In this document: piece by piece, positions 33,332 through 42,618 of the stretch
Layout of the letters: each line of letters begins with the position of its first letter
How positions within the stretch are numbered: position 1 is the first letter of the stretch
DNA from: Antarcticimicrobium sp.
GTDB taxonomy: Bacteria > Pseudomonadota > Alphaproteobacteria > Rhodobacterales > Rhodobacteraceae
DNA: 64,000 bases
Assembly: GCF_029212575.1 (NCBI RefSeq)
Contig: NZ_JARGPK010000035.1
Span: 7,089 to 71,088, forward strand
Direction of reading: 5' to 3'
Program-made: the position numbers and the translations under genes
The notes under the pieces: model-generated
What the model was told of the DNA's origin: nothing
Database searches by the model: none
What the model saw: the letters and a program-made list of their open reading frames with translations, nothing else

Positions 33332-34465
33332 TCACTCCGGGCTCGTGCGCAGGACCGAACCGACGGGCAGTTTGCGATGCCGGTTCTTCTTGTGCTCCAT
33401 CACGAATCCGATGATCTCGGCCACCACCTGCCAGTGTTCCACCGGCACCATATCGTCGACCTCGACCTGGTCGAAAAGCGTGCGCGCCAGCGGTTTGTTC
33501 TCGACGATCGGCACATCGTGTTCAAAGGCGATCTCGCGGATGCGGCGGGCCATAAGGTCGGCCCCCTTGGCAACGCAGACGGGGGCCGAGTCCACCCCCT
33601 GGTCGTACTTCAGCGCCACCGCATAATGCGTCGGGTTGGTCAGGATCACGCTGGCCTGCGGCACCGCGGTGGCCATGCGCTGGCGCGATCGGGCGCGCCG
33701 CTGCGCGGCACGCCGCGCCTTGATCTGCGGATCGCCCTCGGACTCCTTCATCTCGTCGCGAACCTCTTTCACCGACATCATCTGGCGGCGACGCCAGTCG
33801 AACCGGTTCCACAGGATATCCAGGATCGCCACCGGCACCAGGAACACCGTGGCGGCGATCAGCAGGCGGCGGGTTGCGTCCAGCATGTAGCCCGGCAAGG
33901 TCTCCGGCACAAATCCCGAGCCCTCCCAGATGCCGCGCACCGCCCGTTCCGTCACCCAGAGCGCCAGCCCCCCCACCACCAGCACCTTGATCAGGCTCTT
34001 GCCGAATTCCACCAGCGTATTGGCCGAGAACAGCCGCTTGAGGCCCTGCACCGGCGACACCTTGGACAGCTTCGGCTTGATCCGGTCCAGCGCCACCACG
34101 GTTTCGCCCTGGATCAGCACGCCGACCACGCCGCCGGTCAGGATCATCAGGAACAACGGCGACAGAACCAGTGCCAGCGTCAGCACCATGTCTTGCAGTA
34201 CCAGCCCCAGGGCGGTCAGCCCGGCGCGGCCGTTGCCCACCTGCACGCTGCCCGCCCCCTCGATCAGCGCGCCCAGCGCGTCGGCAAGGCGCGGCCCCTG
34301 CCAGGGCAGCACGAAGGCGGTGACAAGGACCAGCGACAGAACCACCATCATGTTGCCGCTTTCCCGCGACGCGGGAACATCGCCCTGCTTGCGGGCATCG
34401 CGGAGCTTCTTGTCCGTCGGCTCTTGCGTTTGTTGGCTCTTGTCCTGGTCCTGGTTCTCGGCCAT
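33332..34465 (-). CDS. flhB: Flagellar export apparatus protein FlhB
   Basis: 377 aa. QEPTDKKLRDARKQGDVPASRE and the autocleavage-site region LTNPTHYAVAL are present. Confidence 0.92.
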   Translation of the reverse strand: MAENQDQDKSQQTQEPTDKKLRDARKQGDVPASRESGNMMVVLSLVLVTAFVLPWQGPRLADALGALIEGAGSVQVGNGRAGLTALGLVLQDMVLTLALVLSPLFLMILTGGVVGVLIQGETVVALDRIKPKLSKVSPVQGLKRLFSANTLVEFGKSLIKVLVVGGLALWVTERAVRGIWEGSGFVPETLPGYMLDATRRLLIAATVFLVPVAILDILWNRFDWRRRQMMSVKEVRDEMKESEGDPQIKARRAAQRRARSRQRMATAVPQASVILTNPTHYAVALKYDQGVDSAPVCVAKGADLMARRIREIAFEHDVPIVENKPLARTLFDQVEVDDMVPVEHWQVVAEIIGFVMEHKKNRHRKLPVGSVLRTSPE

Positions 34466-34469
34466 GGCG

Positions 34470-35225
34470 TCAGAACCTGAAAGTGCTGAGCCAGTCGGTG
34501 AACTGGCTGACGAAGAAATCGAGCATCGAGGGCATCGCCACCGAAAGCACCAGCATCCCGCTGGCGATCAGAAGCGAGGCACCGACGAAGAACACCGGCA
34601 ATTGCGGCATCATCCGGTTGGCCAGCCCCATGCCGAGGTTCAGGATCACGCCCATCACGAAAAACGGCGCCGCGACCGCGGTTCCGATATACAGGCTGCG
34701 GCCCCCCGCGCGCACGATCTGTTCGGCCAGGTCACCGGGCATCACCGGCCCCGGCGGAAACACCACGTAGCTCAGCATCAGCCCGCGCAGGATGATATGG
34801 TGCGCATCGGTGGCAAAGATCGCCGCCACCGCGCCGATCAGCAGCAGCGTCGCCACCAGCGTCGCCCCCTCGAACGAGCCAAGCGAAGGGCCGAAGGCAT
34901 TGGCCAGCCCCGAGACCTGCCCGACCTGGTAGCCGGCGAAATCCATCGCCGACAGCAGGACCCGCGCCACCAGCCCGATCCAGACGCCGATGGTGGCCTC
35001 GGAGGCCAGCAGCAGCGCAATGGCCACGGTATTGTCGGGCATTTCGGCGCTGACCGGGGTTACGGGATAGAGCGCGGCGCAGAGCACCAGCGCGAAGGAC
35101 AGCCGCGCGCGCAGCGGGATCTGGGTTTCGCCGAAGGCGGGCATGAACATCAGCGCCCCGCCGATCCGCGCCACCACGAGCACATAGCCAAAGATTATCC
35201 CGGCGACATAGGTATCGAGCGCCAC
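34470..35225 (-). CDS. fliR: Flagellar export apparatus protein FliR
   Basis: Multi-TM protein with ARIGGALMFMPAFGE. Start placed at GTG 35225 (GGGGGG upstream), 2 nt after the flhA stop. Confidence 0.8.
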   Translation of the reverse strand: MALDTYVAGIIFGYVLVVARIGGALMFMPAFGETQIPLRARLSFALVLCAALYPVTPVSAEMPDNTVAIALLLASEATIGVWIGLVARVLLSAMDFAGYQVGQVSGLANAFGPSLGSFEGATLVATLLLIGAVAAIFATDAHHIILRGLMLSYVVFPPGPVMPGDLAEQIVRAGGRSLYIGTAVAAPFFVMGVILNLGMGLANRMMPQLPVFFVGASLLIASGMLVLSVAMPSMLDFFVSQFTDWLSTFRF

Positions 35226-35227
35226 GC

Positions 35228-37327
35228 TCAGCCCCCCACCGTCGAGACCGTCTTGAGCGAGGCCTTGCGGTGCACCTCGTTGTGCGAAATCACCTGGGTG
35301 ACCGGGCTGACCCGTTCGAGGATCTGGCGCACATAGGGCCGCACGTCCGGGGTCACCAGCAGCGCCGGCCATTCATCCCCTGCGGCGAACTTCTGAATCT
35401 CCTGCCGGACCGCCAGGACGAACTCCTGGACCCGCGCCGGCGACATCAGAAAGGCGCTCTCCTCGGCCCCGGGCGAGACCGCGTTGTTCAGCTCACGCTC
35501 CCATTCCGCGCCCAGAACGATCACCGGCACGAATCCGTTGGAATCGACCAGCGACTGACAGATCTGCTTGGACAGACGTCCGCGCACATGCTCCACGACC
35601 GCGCGCAGGTTCTGGGTCGTCGCGGCGGCTTCGGCCACCGCCTCGATGATGCGCGGCAGGTTTCTGATCGACACCCTTTCGGACAGCAGCGCCTGCAACA
35701 CGTGCTGAAGCAGCACCGCGGGCGACTTGTTCGACATGTCAGTCAGCAGTTTCTGGTATTCCTTGCTTTGCCCCTCGATCAGGTCCTGGGTGGCGGCAAA
35801 GGTCAGCAGGTCCGGCATATGCTCCTTGATGACCTCGGTCAGATGGGTGGTGACCACGCTTTCGGGATCGACCACCGTGAGGCCGCGCAGCTCGGCCTCC
35901 GAGGCGCGGCCGTGATCGACCCAGATCGCGTTCAGGCCGAAGGTGGGTTCGCGCGTGCGTTCGCCCACCAGCTCGGTATCGTTGCCGCCGGGGTCGATCA
36001 CCATCATCGACCCGGGCCGCACCTCGCCGCGGGCGGTCTCAACTCCCTGAAGCGAAATCGCATAGGTCATGCCCGGCAGCGCGCTGTCGTCCTTGATCCG
36101 CACCGGCGGCATGACAAAGCCGAAATCCTTGATGAAGAGCGACCGCAGGCTTTTCACCTTGCCCGGCAGCGCCGCATCGGTCGAGGAGATCAGCGGCACC
36201 AGCGCCGCGCCGAGGTCGAGCCGGAGATCGTCCAGCCGCAGCGCCTCGGTGATCGGATCCTCGGTCTGGCGCGCCTCGCCCTCGCGTTTCGCCTCGGCGA
36301 CCTGCTCCCGCTCCTGCTCTTGCAGGTGTTGCTGCATCACGTATCCCAATGCTGCCATCCCGGCGGCCAGCACCGAAAATACGATCAGCGGGAACCCCGG
36401 CAGGAGCCCCACCATCAGGCTGAGCGCGGCGGCCATGTACAAAGCCTTGGGAAAATTCCCCAGTTGCGCCAACACCGCCTCGTTCGCGGCGCCGCGGGTG
36501 CCGCTCTTGGTCACCAGCAGGCCAGCGGCCAGCGACACCACCAGCGCCGGGATCTGTGTGACCAGACCATCGCCGATGGTCAGCACGGTATAGTTTCCGG
36601 CGGCATCGCCGATGCTGAGCCCGTGGCTGGTCATGCCGATCAGGATGCCGCCGATGACGTTGATCAGGGTGATGATCAGACCGGCGACCGCATCGCCGCG
36701 CACGAATTTCGAGGCCCCGTCCATCGCCCCGAAAAATGCGCTTTCCTCTTCCAGTATCCGGCGGCGGTCGCGGGCCTCTTCGTCGTTGATGATGCCGGCG
36801 CCCAGATCGGCGTCGATCGCCATCTGCTTGCCCGGCATCGCATCCAGCGAGAATCGCGCGGCGACCTCGGCGATCCGGGTCGAACCCTTTGTGATCACCA
36901 CAAAATTGATGATGACGAGGATTGCGAAAATCACGATCCCGATGACGAAATCACCGGCGACGATAAACCGGGAAAACCCCTCGATCACCTTGCCGGCGGC
37001 GTCGGAGCCCTGGTGTCCCTCGCTCAGGATCAGCCGCGTCGAGGAGACGTTCAGCGCCAGCCGCATCATCGTCACGACCAGCAGCAGCGTCGGGAAGGAG
37101 TTGAAATCCAGCGGCGTCGGAATCCACAGCGCCACCATCAGGATCAGCACCGCCAGCGACAGGGAGATCGCCAGCCCGAAATCGAGCAGCACCGAGGGCA
37201 GCGGAACGAAAAGCATCGCGAGGATCAGCACCACGCCGATGGCAAAACCGATATCGCGGTTGGCCAGGCCGAACTGCGACAGGCCCTTTGCGACCGTGGT
37301 GGAGGGGTTGACGTCGCGCGCGCTCAT
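35228..37327 (-). CDS. flhA: Flagellar export apparatus protein FlhA
   Basis: 699 aa. FPTLLLVVTMMRLALNVSSTRLIL and FVRGDAVAGLIITLINVIGG are FlhA signatures. Confidence 0.95.
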   Translation of the reverse strand: MSARDVNPSTTVAKGLSQFGLANRDIGFAIGVVLILAMLFVPLPSVLLDFGLAISLSLAVLILMVALWIPTPLDFNSFPTLLLVVTMMRLALNVSSTRLILSEGHQGSDAAGKVIEGFSRFIVAGDFVIGIVIFAILVIINFVVITKGSTRIAEVAARFSLDAMPGKQMAIDADLGAGIINDEEARDRRRILEEESAFFGAMDGASKFVRGDAVAGLIITLINVIGGILIGMTSHGLSIGDAAGNYTVLTIGDGLVTQIPALVVSLAAGLLVTKSGTRGAANEAVLAQLGNFPKALYMAAALSLMVGLLPGFPLIVFSVLAAGMAALGYVMQQHLQEQEREQVAEAKREGEARQTEDPITEALRLDDLRLDLGAALVPLISSTDAALPGKVKSLRSLFIKDFGFVMPPVRIKDDSALPGMTYAISLQGVETARGEVRPGSMMVIDPGGNDTELVGERTREPTFGLNAIWVDHGRASEAELRGLTVVDPESVVTTHLTEVIKEHMPDLLTFAATQDLIEGQSKEYQKLLTDMSNKSPAVLLQHVLQALLSERVSIRNLPRIIEAVAEAAATTQNLRAVVEHVRGRLSKQICQSLVDSNGFVPVIVLGAEWERELNNAVSPGAEESAFLMSPARVQEFVLAVRQEIQKFAAGDEWPALLVTPDVRPYVRQILERVSPVTQVISHNEVHRKASLKTVSTVGG

Positions 37328-37334
37328 GCCGGGG

Positions 37335-38171
37335 TCACTCCACCACCCGATAGGCCGGCAGGACCGGCTTCATCGGGCTGTTTGAATAGATCGAGAACCG
37401 CCGCGTCGCCTCCGAGGCCGGGGGCTCGGCGCCCGAACTCCAGAACACCGGCGGCGGCGGCAGGCGGGGCTTTTCCGGGGGCGCCGCCGCCACCTGGAAC
37501 ACATGCGCCTGACTGGCTTGCGCGACCAGCCCGGACAGACCGGCGCTGACCACCCGGTGATTGCGGCGCAGGGCGGTCAGGTAGACGTCCTTGTGGATGT
37601 CGGTGGCGGAATGATACCGCCCGGCGGCCTGCCACCAATCCCCTGTTTCCTTGAACAGGCCAACCAGGAACCGGGCCGCATAATCCACGTTCGTCGCCGG
37701 GTCAAAGGCCTGTTCGAGCGAGCGAAAGGCACGGCCATGCCATCTCTGGTTCACCTGCATGCAGCCGACGTCGATCGACTGGATGCCGTCCCTGCGCCTG
37801 GCCTGTACCCAGCGCAGCGCCTCCTCCCGGTTGCGGAAAAACGCCCCTTCCCCGGCGGCGTTGACAGTCCAGGGCCAGACGGTCAACCCCTCCGGACCGC
37901 GCCGCCCGGCCTCCTGCACGCCGATGGCCAGCAACAGGTTGTCGGGAATGCCGTAGCGCGCCTGGGCGTCGAGGATCGCGGCAAGACAATCGGCGCCACG
38001 CAAGGCCGGCCCGGGACGGGGTGCACGCGCAGGCGGCGGGGCGACAACCGGGGCGGAAGACCGATAGAAGCCGGCGAAAAACTCCGCCCGGGCGGGCGGG
38101 CCGCTGCAAACCAGGGCTCCGGCCGCCGCTGCCCCGACCAGCCCCAGCGCAAGCCCCCCGCCCCGGCGCAT
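37335..38171 (-). CDS. Secreted lytic transglycosylase (SLT domain), flagellum-associated
   Basis: Signal peptide plus LLLAIGVQEAG ... PWTVN ... DVGCMQVN (SLT family 1-like). It is embedded between flhA and fliQ. Confidence 0.8.
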   Translation of the reverse strand: MRRGGGLALGLVGAAAAGALVCSGPPARAEFFAGFYRSSAPVVAPPPARAPRPGPALRGADCLAAILDAQARYGIPDNLLLAIGVQEAGRRGPEGLTVWPWTVNAAGEGAFFRNREEALRWVQARRRDGIQSIDVGCMQVNQRWHGRAFRSLEQAFDPATNVDYAARFLVGLFKETGDWWQAAGRYHSATDIHKDVYLTALRRNHRVVSAGLSGLVAQASQAHVFQVAAAPPEKPRLPPPPVFWSSGAEPPASEATRRFSIYSNSPMKPVLPAYRVVE

Positions 38172-38172
38172 T

Positions 38173-38442
38173 CTAAAGCCCCCCGCTGACGATCAGGTCA
38201 AACACCTGGTCCGACAGCCGCAACAGGGTGCCGAAAATGAACGGCAAGGTCAGCGCCAGCGCGGCAAAGATCGCCACGATCTTGGGCACGAAGGTCAGTG
38301 TCATTTCCTGGATCTGCGTCAGTGCCTGGAAGAACGAGATCCCAAGCCCCACCACCAGCGCGACGGCCAGAATCGGCGCCGACCCCAAAAGCACGGTGGT
38401 GATCGTCAGACGCAGGATCTCATATGTGCTGACCGTGTCCAA
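38173..38442 (-). CDS. fliQ: Flagellar export apparatus protein FliQ
   Basis: 89 aa with two TM segments and FFQALTQIQEMTLTFVPKI. Confidence 0.9.
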   Translation of the reverse strand: MDTVSTYEILRLTITTVLLGSAPILAVALVVGLGISFFQALTQIQEMTLTFVPKIVAIFAALALTLPFIFGTLLRLSDQVFDLIVSGGL

Positions 38443-38478
38443 CAGTGGGCTCCAGATTGGGCGGGGGTGCGGGCGCCG

Positions 38479-38805
38479 TCAGAGCGGCATCCGCAGGACT
38501 TCCTGATAGGCTTCGACCAGCTTGTCGCGCACCGCGATCGAGACCTTGACCGTGCTTTCCATCGCCATCGTCGCCTCGACCACCTGCTGCAATCCGGCCT
38601 TGCCGGTCAGCCCGGCCGCTGCCGTGGCATCGCCCTCGCGCACCGTCTCCACCGCCTCCGCTGCGGAATTCCGCAGCATCTGGGCAAAATCCGGCGCCTG
38701 GCCCTGGCCGGACTGCGGCCCGGCGGCGCTGGAGGCGAGATCCTTGGACTTGCCATAGGCGGCCTGGATCAGGGAGTTGGGCTGGATGAAGGGGATGTCG
38801 CTCAT
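38479..38805 (-). CDS. fliE: Flagellar hook-basal body protein FliE
   Basis: 108 aa with C-terminus AMESTVKVSIAVRDKLVEAYQEVLRMPL. Confidence 0.88.
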   Translation of the reverse strand: MSDIPFIQPNSLIQAAYGKSKDLASSAAGPQSGQGQAPDFAQMLRNSAAEAVETVREGDATAAAGLTGKAGLQQVVEATMAMESTVKVSIAVRDKLVEAYQEVLRMPL

Positions 38806-38814
38806 GGCTCAGCT

Positions 38815-39225
38815 CTATTTCAAAAGGTCGATCAACTGGCTGCGCATCTGGCGCGCGTTTTCCAGCATGGTCATGTTCGCCTCGTAGCTGCGCGAGGCCT
38901 CGCGCATGTTGCTCATCTCGATCAGCGGGTTGACGTTGGGCAGTTTCACATAGCCGTTCTCGTCGGCCGCCGGGTGGGCGGGGTCGAACCGCAGCGAAAA
39001 CTCGCCCATGTCGCGGGTGACCTCGGCCACGCGCACCATTGCCGCCCCGGTGGCCGCGTCGGAGTCCTGCCCGAAACTGATGACCTTGCGGCGATAGGGC
39101 TCGCCGCCCGGCTCCTGCGCGGTGGTGGCAGAGTTCGCCATGTTTTCCGAGACCACCTTCAGACGTTCGCCCTGGGCCCGCAACCCGCTGGCGGCGGTAG
39201 CAATGATTGACGTCAACGGATCCAT
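38815..39225 (-). CDS. flgC: Flagellar proximal rod protein FlgC
   Basis: 136 aa. ASGLRAQGERLKVVSENMANSATT ... GYVKLPNVN. Confidence 0.92.
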   Translation of the reverse strand: MDPLTSIIATAASGLRAQGERLKVVSENMANSATTAQEPGGEPYRRKVISFGQDSDAATGAAMVRVAEVTRDMGEFSLRFDPAHPAADENGYVKLPNVNPLIEMSNMREASRSYEANMTMLENARQMRSQLIDLLK

Positions 39226-39237
39226 CTAGGGCCCTCC

Positions 39238-39594
39238 TCAGCGCGTCCCGGCAACGGCCATGACCATTTCATGCGCCTTTCGGTACAAATTCGACGCCAG
39301 TTTGTACTGACCGGCGGTATCGGCCGCGTAAAGGATCTGCTCCTCCATCACGACGTTGTTGCCCGAAATGGACTCGGCCCACGTATCTTCGACCTCGCGC
39401 ACCTCTGCATCTCGCAGGTCCCCGGCTTTTTCCGTGCTGGAGAGGTAGGAGTCGAAACCCTCCACCTCGCGGGCGCGGTACCCGGCGGTATCGGCATTGG
39501 CGATGTTCTCCGAAACCGCCTTTTGGCGGTCCGACAGCCATTGCAGGCGACGCGAGGCCAGCTGGAAAAGGTTGATGTTGTCGAGATTCATCAT
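39238..39594 (-). CDS. flgB: Flagellar proximal rod protein FlgB
   Basis: 118 aa. LSDRQKAVSENIANADTAGYRA. Confidence 0.9.
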   Translation of the reverse strand: MMNLDNINLFQLASRRLQWLSDRQKAVSENIANADTAGYRAREVEGFDSYLSSTEKAGDLRDAEVREVEDTWAESISGNNVVMEEQILYAADTAGQYKLASNLYRKAHEMVMAVAGTR

Positions 39595-39657
39595 GGATCT
39601 CCCGCTTAATTCTTGGCATTATAACAAGCAGAGCAAAGATTAACAGGGTTTATTCTT

Positions 39658-41022
39658 GTGAGCGCCATCTTTTCAGACCTGAGGCAGGCGGTGTTTAACC
39701 TTGAAAGCACAAGGATATCCGGTCGCGTCCAATCGGTGGTCGGCCTCTCGCTGACCGTCTCCGGGCTGGAGCGCGCCGCGGGGATCGGGCAACGATGCCG
39801 TGTGCGCGGGCGCAACGGGCCGGTCACCGGCGAAGTGGTCGGCGCCGGCGCCGAAGGGCTGCGCCTGCTGCCTTTCGGCACCTGGGACGGCATCGCGGTC
39901 GGCGACCCGGTGGAGCTGATCCAGGCCGGTGACGGTATCTGTCCGGACGACAGCTGGATCGGCACGGTCATCGACCCGCTTGGCCGGCCGCTTTCCCCGT
40001 CGCCCGGCTTCCGCGCCGGCAGCCGGCGCGCGCGCGGACGCAACAGCCCGCTGCCTGCCTACGACCGGCGCCGGGTCGGCGACAAGCTGGAAACAAGGAT
40101 CAAGTGCATCGACTTGTTCACCCCGATCTGCCGGGGGCAGCGAATGGGGGTATTCGCCGGCTCCGGGGTCGGGAAATCCACCCTGATGGCCATGCTGGCG
40201 CGCAATACCGACGCCGACGTGATCGTGATCGGGCTGGTCGGCGAACGCGGCCGCGAGGTGCAGGAGTTCATCGACGAGGATCTGGGCGAAAAGGGCATGG
40301 CGCGCTCGGTCGTGGTGGTGGCCACCGGCGACGAGGCGCCGCTGCTGCGCCGACAGGCGGCCTGGACCGCCACGGCGGTGGCCGAGCATTTCCGCAAGGC
40401 GGGCAAGCAGGTGCTGTTGATGTTGGACAGCGTCACCCGCTTTGCCATGGCCCAGCGCGAGATCGGTCTGTCGAGCGGCGAGCCGCCGACCACCCGGGGC
40501 TATCCGCCGACGGTGTTCTCGGAGCTGCCGCACCTGCTGGAGCGGGCCGGACCCGGCCGCCCCGGCGAGGGGGATATCACCGGGATATATACCGTTCTGG
40601 TCGATGGCGACGACATGAACGAACCCATCGCCGACGCGATCCGCGGAATCGTCGACGGGCATATCGTTCTGGACCGCCGCATTGCGGAACAAAACCGCTA
40701 TCCCGCGATCAACGTGCAGCGGTCGATTTCGCGCATGCTGCCGGCCTGTCACACCGCCGAGGAATACCGGATCATGCACGCCGCCCGGCGGGCGCTGGCC
40801 CGCTACGCCGACATGGAGGAACTAATCCGCGTTGGCGCCTATTCCCCCGGTTCCGACCCGGAAACTGATGCGGCGGCGCGGTTTTTCACCGCGGCGAACG
40901 AATTCCTTTCCCAATCCCGCGGCGCCACGATGCGCGCGGAGCAGAGCTTTGCCGAGGTTTACAAAATGCTGCTGGACGCGGGGATCGACGTGCCGACCCT
41001 GCCCGACGCGGCGGCCAATTAA
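39658..41022 (+). CDS. fliI: Flagellum-specific ATPase FliI
   Basis: 454 aa with a GTG start. Walker A GSGVGKST, Walker B LLMLDSVTR, and GDITGIYTVLVDGDD. Confidence 0.93.
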   Translation: MSAIFSDLRQAVFNLESTRISGRVQSVVGLSLTVSGLERAAGIGQRCRVRGRNGPVTGEVVGAGAEGLRLLPFGTWDGIAVGDPVELIQAGDGICPDDSWIGTVIDPLGRPLSPSPGFRAGSRRARGRNSPLPAYDRRRVGDKLETRIKCIDLFTPICRGQRMGVFAGSGVGKSTLMAMLARNTDADVIVIGLVGERGREVQEFIDEDLGEKGMARSVVVVATGDEAPLLRRQAAWTATAVAEHFRKAGKQVLLMLDSVTRFAMAQREIGLSSGEPPTTRGYPPTVFSELPHLLERAGPGRPGEGDITGIYTVLVDGDDMNEPIADAIRGIVDGHIVLDRRIAEQNRYPAINVQRSISRMLPACHTAEEYRIMHAARRALARYADMEELIRVGAYSPGSDPETDAAARFFTAANEFLSQSRGATMRAEQSFAEVYKMLLDAGIDVPTLPDAAAN

Positions 41023-41033
41023 AAATACGAAAA

Positions 41034-41059
41034 CCGGCCGCTCCCCTCGAAACGGCCGG
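41034..41059 (+). terminator. Hairpin downstream of fliI
   Basis: CCGGCCG (41034-41040) / CGGCCGG (41053-41059) with a 12-nt loop. There is no clear T-tract. Confidence 0.35.
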
Positions 41060-41110
41060 CTGGGAACGGCGACAACAGTCGCCCCCCCGAAAACTCGTAA
41101 ATGGACGGCC

Positions 41111-41130
41111 CGCCAGGAGGACTCCTGGCG
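41111..41130 (-). terminator. Hairpin downstream of the flagellin gene
   Basis: Perfect 9-bp stem CGCCAGGAG-GA-CTCCTGGCG, 9 nt after the flagellin stop. There is no U-tract. Confidence 0.4.
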
Positions 41131-41138
41131 AAAACCTA

Positions 41139-41960
41139 TTAGCGGAACAGGCTCAGGATGTTCTGAGGCTGCTGGTTGGCAATCGACAGCGACTGCGTGG
41201 CCAGCTGCTGCTGGACCTGATAGGCCTGCAGGCGCGCTGCCTCTTCTTCCATGTCCGCATCAACCATCGCGCTCACGCCGGAATCCAGCGTGTCGGTGAG
41301 AGCATCCAGGAAGGTCTGCTGGCCTTCCAGCGTCTTCTCCGTGACGCCCAGGTCGGTTGCCGCATCGATCGAGGCGGCCAGCTGGGTCTCGGCGGTTGCC
41401 AGGTCAGCTGCGATGTCGGTCGAGGTGGTGAGATCAATCGCGTCAAGCGCGGTCTTGATCGCGCCCAGATCAACCTGGTTGAAGCTGATCGTCGTGGTGG
41501 CAAAGCTGCCCGACGAACGGCTGATCCCGCTGACCGCGGTCACGGCTGCGGTTCCGTTGACCAGATCATCGCCGTTGAAGGTCGACTGGTCGATGGCTGC
41601 ACCGATCTGGGAAACCAGAGCATCCAGTTCCGATTGAACGTCGGCCAGGTCGATGCCGCTGCCCTGGGCGAATGCCACGCGCTCGGCGAACTGTTCGGCC
41701 AGGCCGCTTACGGTTTCGGCGCCCAGACGGGCGGTCGCAACCGAGTTCTTGGTCGAGGTCAGACCCTCATTGATCGCCTTGAACATGCCGCTGTCGCCGG
41801 ACATCGTTTCCGAAATCGCGAAGTAGGCGGCGTTTTCCTTGCCCGAACGGATGGCCAGGCCGCTGGAGACACGGTTCTGGGTTTCGTTCAGGCCACGGTT
41901 GACTTCGTTCAGCGTGGACAGAGCGACCATCGCCGAGCTATTGGTGAGAATGGACGACAT
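41139..41960 (-). CDS. fliC: Flagellin
   Basis: 273 aa. N-terminus MSSILTNSSAMVALSTLNEVNRGLNETQNRVSSGLAI and C-terminus ...AYQVQQQLATQSLSIANQQPQNILSLFR are conserved flagellin termini. Confidence 0.93.
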   Translation of the reverse strand: MSSILTNSSAMVALSTLNEVNRGLNETQNRVSSGLAIRSGKENAAYFAISETMSGDSGMFKAINEGLTSTKNSVATARLGAETVSGLAEQFAERVAFAQGSGIDLADVQSELDALVSQIGAAIDQSTFNGDDLVNGTAAVTAVSGISRSSGSFATTTISFNQVDLGAIKTALDAIDLTTSTDIAADLATAETQLAASIDAATDLGVTEKTLEGQQTFLDALTDTLDSGVSAMVDADMEEEAARLQAYQVQQQLATQSLSIANQQPQNILSLFR

Positions 41961-42049
41961 TTAATGCTCTCCTCAGTTCTCGTTTTTTGTTGATCAGTCT
42001 TCTGACTGTTTCCGGCTTAGCGCCGGTACTGAGGATATAAACGCGCCGA

Positions 42050-42064
42050 TTAAGGCATAGTTAA
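42050..42064. promoter_or_regulatory. Perfect CtrA box TTAA-GGCATAG-TTAA upstream of the flagellin gene
   Basis: Read directly. It lies 90-104 nt upstream of the flagellin ATG (41960). Confidence 0.6.
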
Positions 42065-42095
42065 GGCTTTCATAATTTTTTTCCTGTCCCCGCGC

Positions 42096-42596
42096 CTAAA
42101 ATTCGCGATCTATGCGCAGTTTGCCACCCTCTTCGCCGCCGATCTTCTGCCCCGACTTGCCATAAAGCCCGCTCAGACCGTTGCGTTCGGTGGCTTTGCG
42201 GATCTCTCGCACGATGGTTCCCGCGGCGGTGGCCATGCGTTGCAACATCTCGCTGTCGGCGGTGACTGCCGCCTGCAGTTCCTGCATCCGCTCGGGCAGG
42301 CCGCGCGCAACCGCCGCCTCGTGCTTGAGGAACGGCTCGACCAGCGGCAGGCGCAATTCCAGCCATTTCAGCAGCGAAGCCTTTCGGTCGAACAGATCGC
42401 TGACGGCCTGGAACCGCCCCTCGGTCACGGCCGCGACCTCTTCGTTCAACAGCGCCACGGCCTCGCCCACCTTGTCGGAGAACGCGGCGATGTTCGCCTC
42501 GTCCTCTTCCGTCAGGATCCTTGCGGTGCCTTCCGGCGCAGCCCGGCGCGCCTGCAGGCGATCGCCAATCCGGGTCTTCCGCTTCCTTATCGCCAT
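42096..42596 (-). CDS. Coiled-coil flagellar-cluster protein (FlgN/FliJ-like chaperone candidate), function unknown
   Basis: Start trimmed to MAIRKRKTRIG at 42596. 166-aa helical protein downstream of flgI and flgJ. Confidence 0.55.
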   Translation of the reverse strand: MAIRKRKTRIGDRLQARRAAPEGTARILTEEDEANIAAFSDKVGEAVALLNEEVAAVTEGRFQAVSDLFDRKASLLKWLELRLPLVEPFLKHEAAVARGLPERMQELQAAVTADSEMLQRMATAAGTIVREIRKATERNGLSGLYGKSGQKIGGEEGGKLRIDREF

Positions 42597-42618
42597 GTCC
42601 GCCCCCCTGGATTGACTG

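Noticed and set aside
39641-39655. TTAA-CAGGGTT-TATT in the flgB/fliI gap and GTAAC-N7-TTGAA at about 44116-44133, considered as additional CtrA boxes
   Set aside because: Each has a degenerate second half-site. Only the three perfect TTAA-N7-TTAA sites are reported as features.
42045-42053. GCCGATTAA, resembling the sigma-28 -10 element GCCGATAA near the flagellin gene
   Set aside because: It lies on the plus strand while the flagellin gene is on the minus strand. It overlaps the CtrA box, which explains the sequence better.
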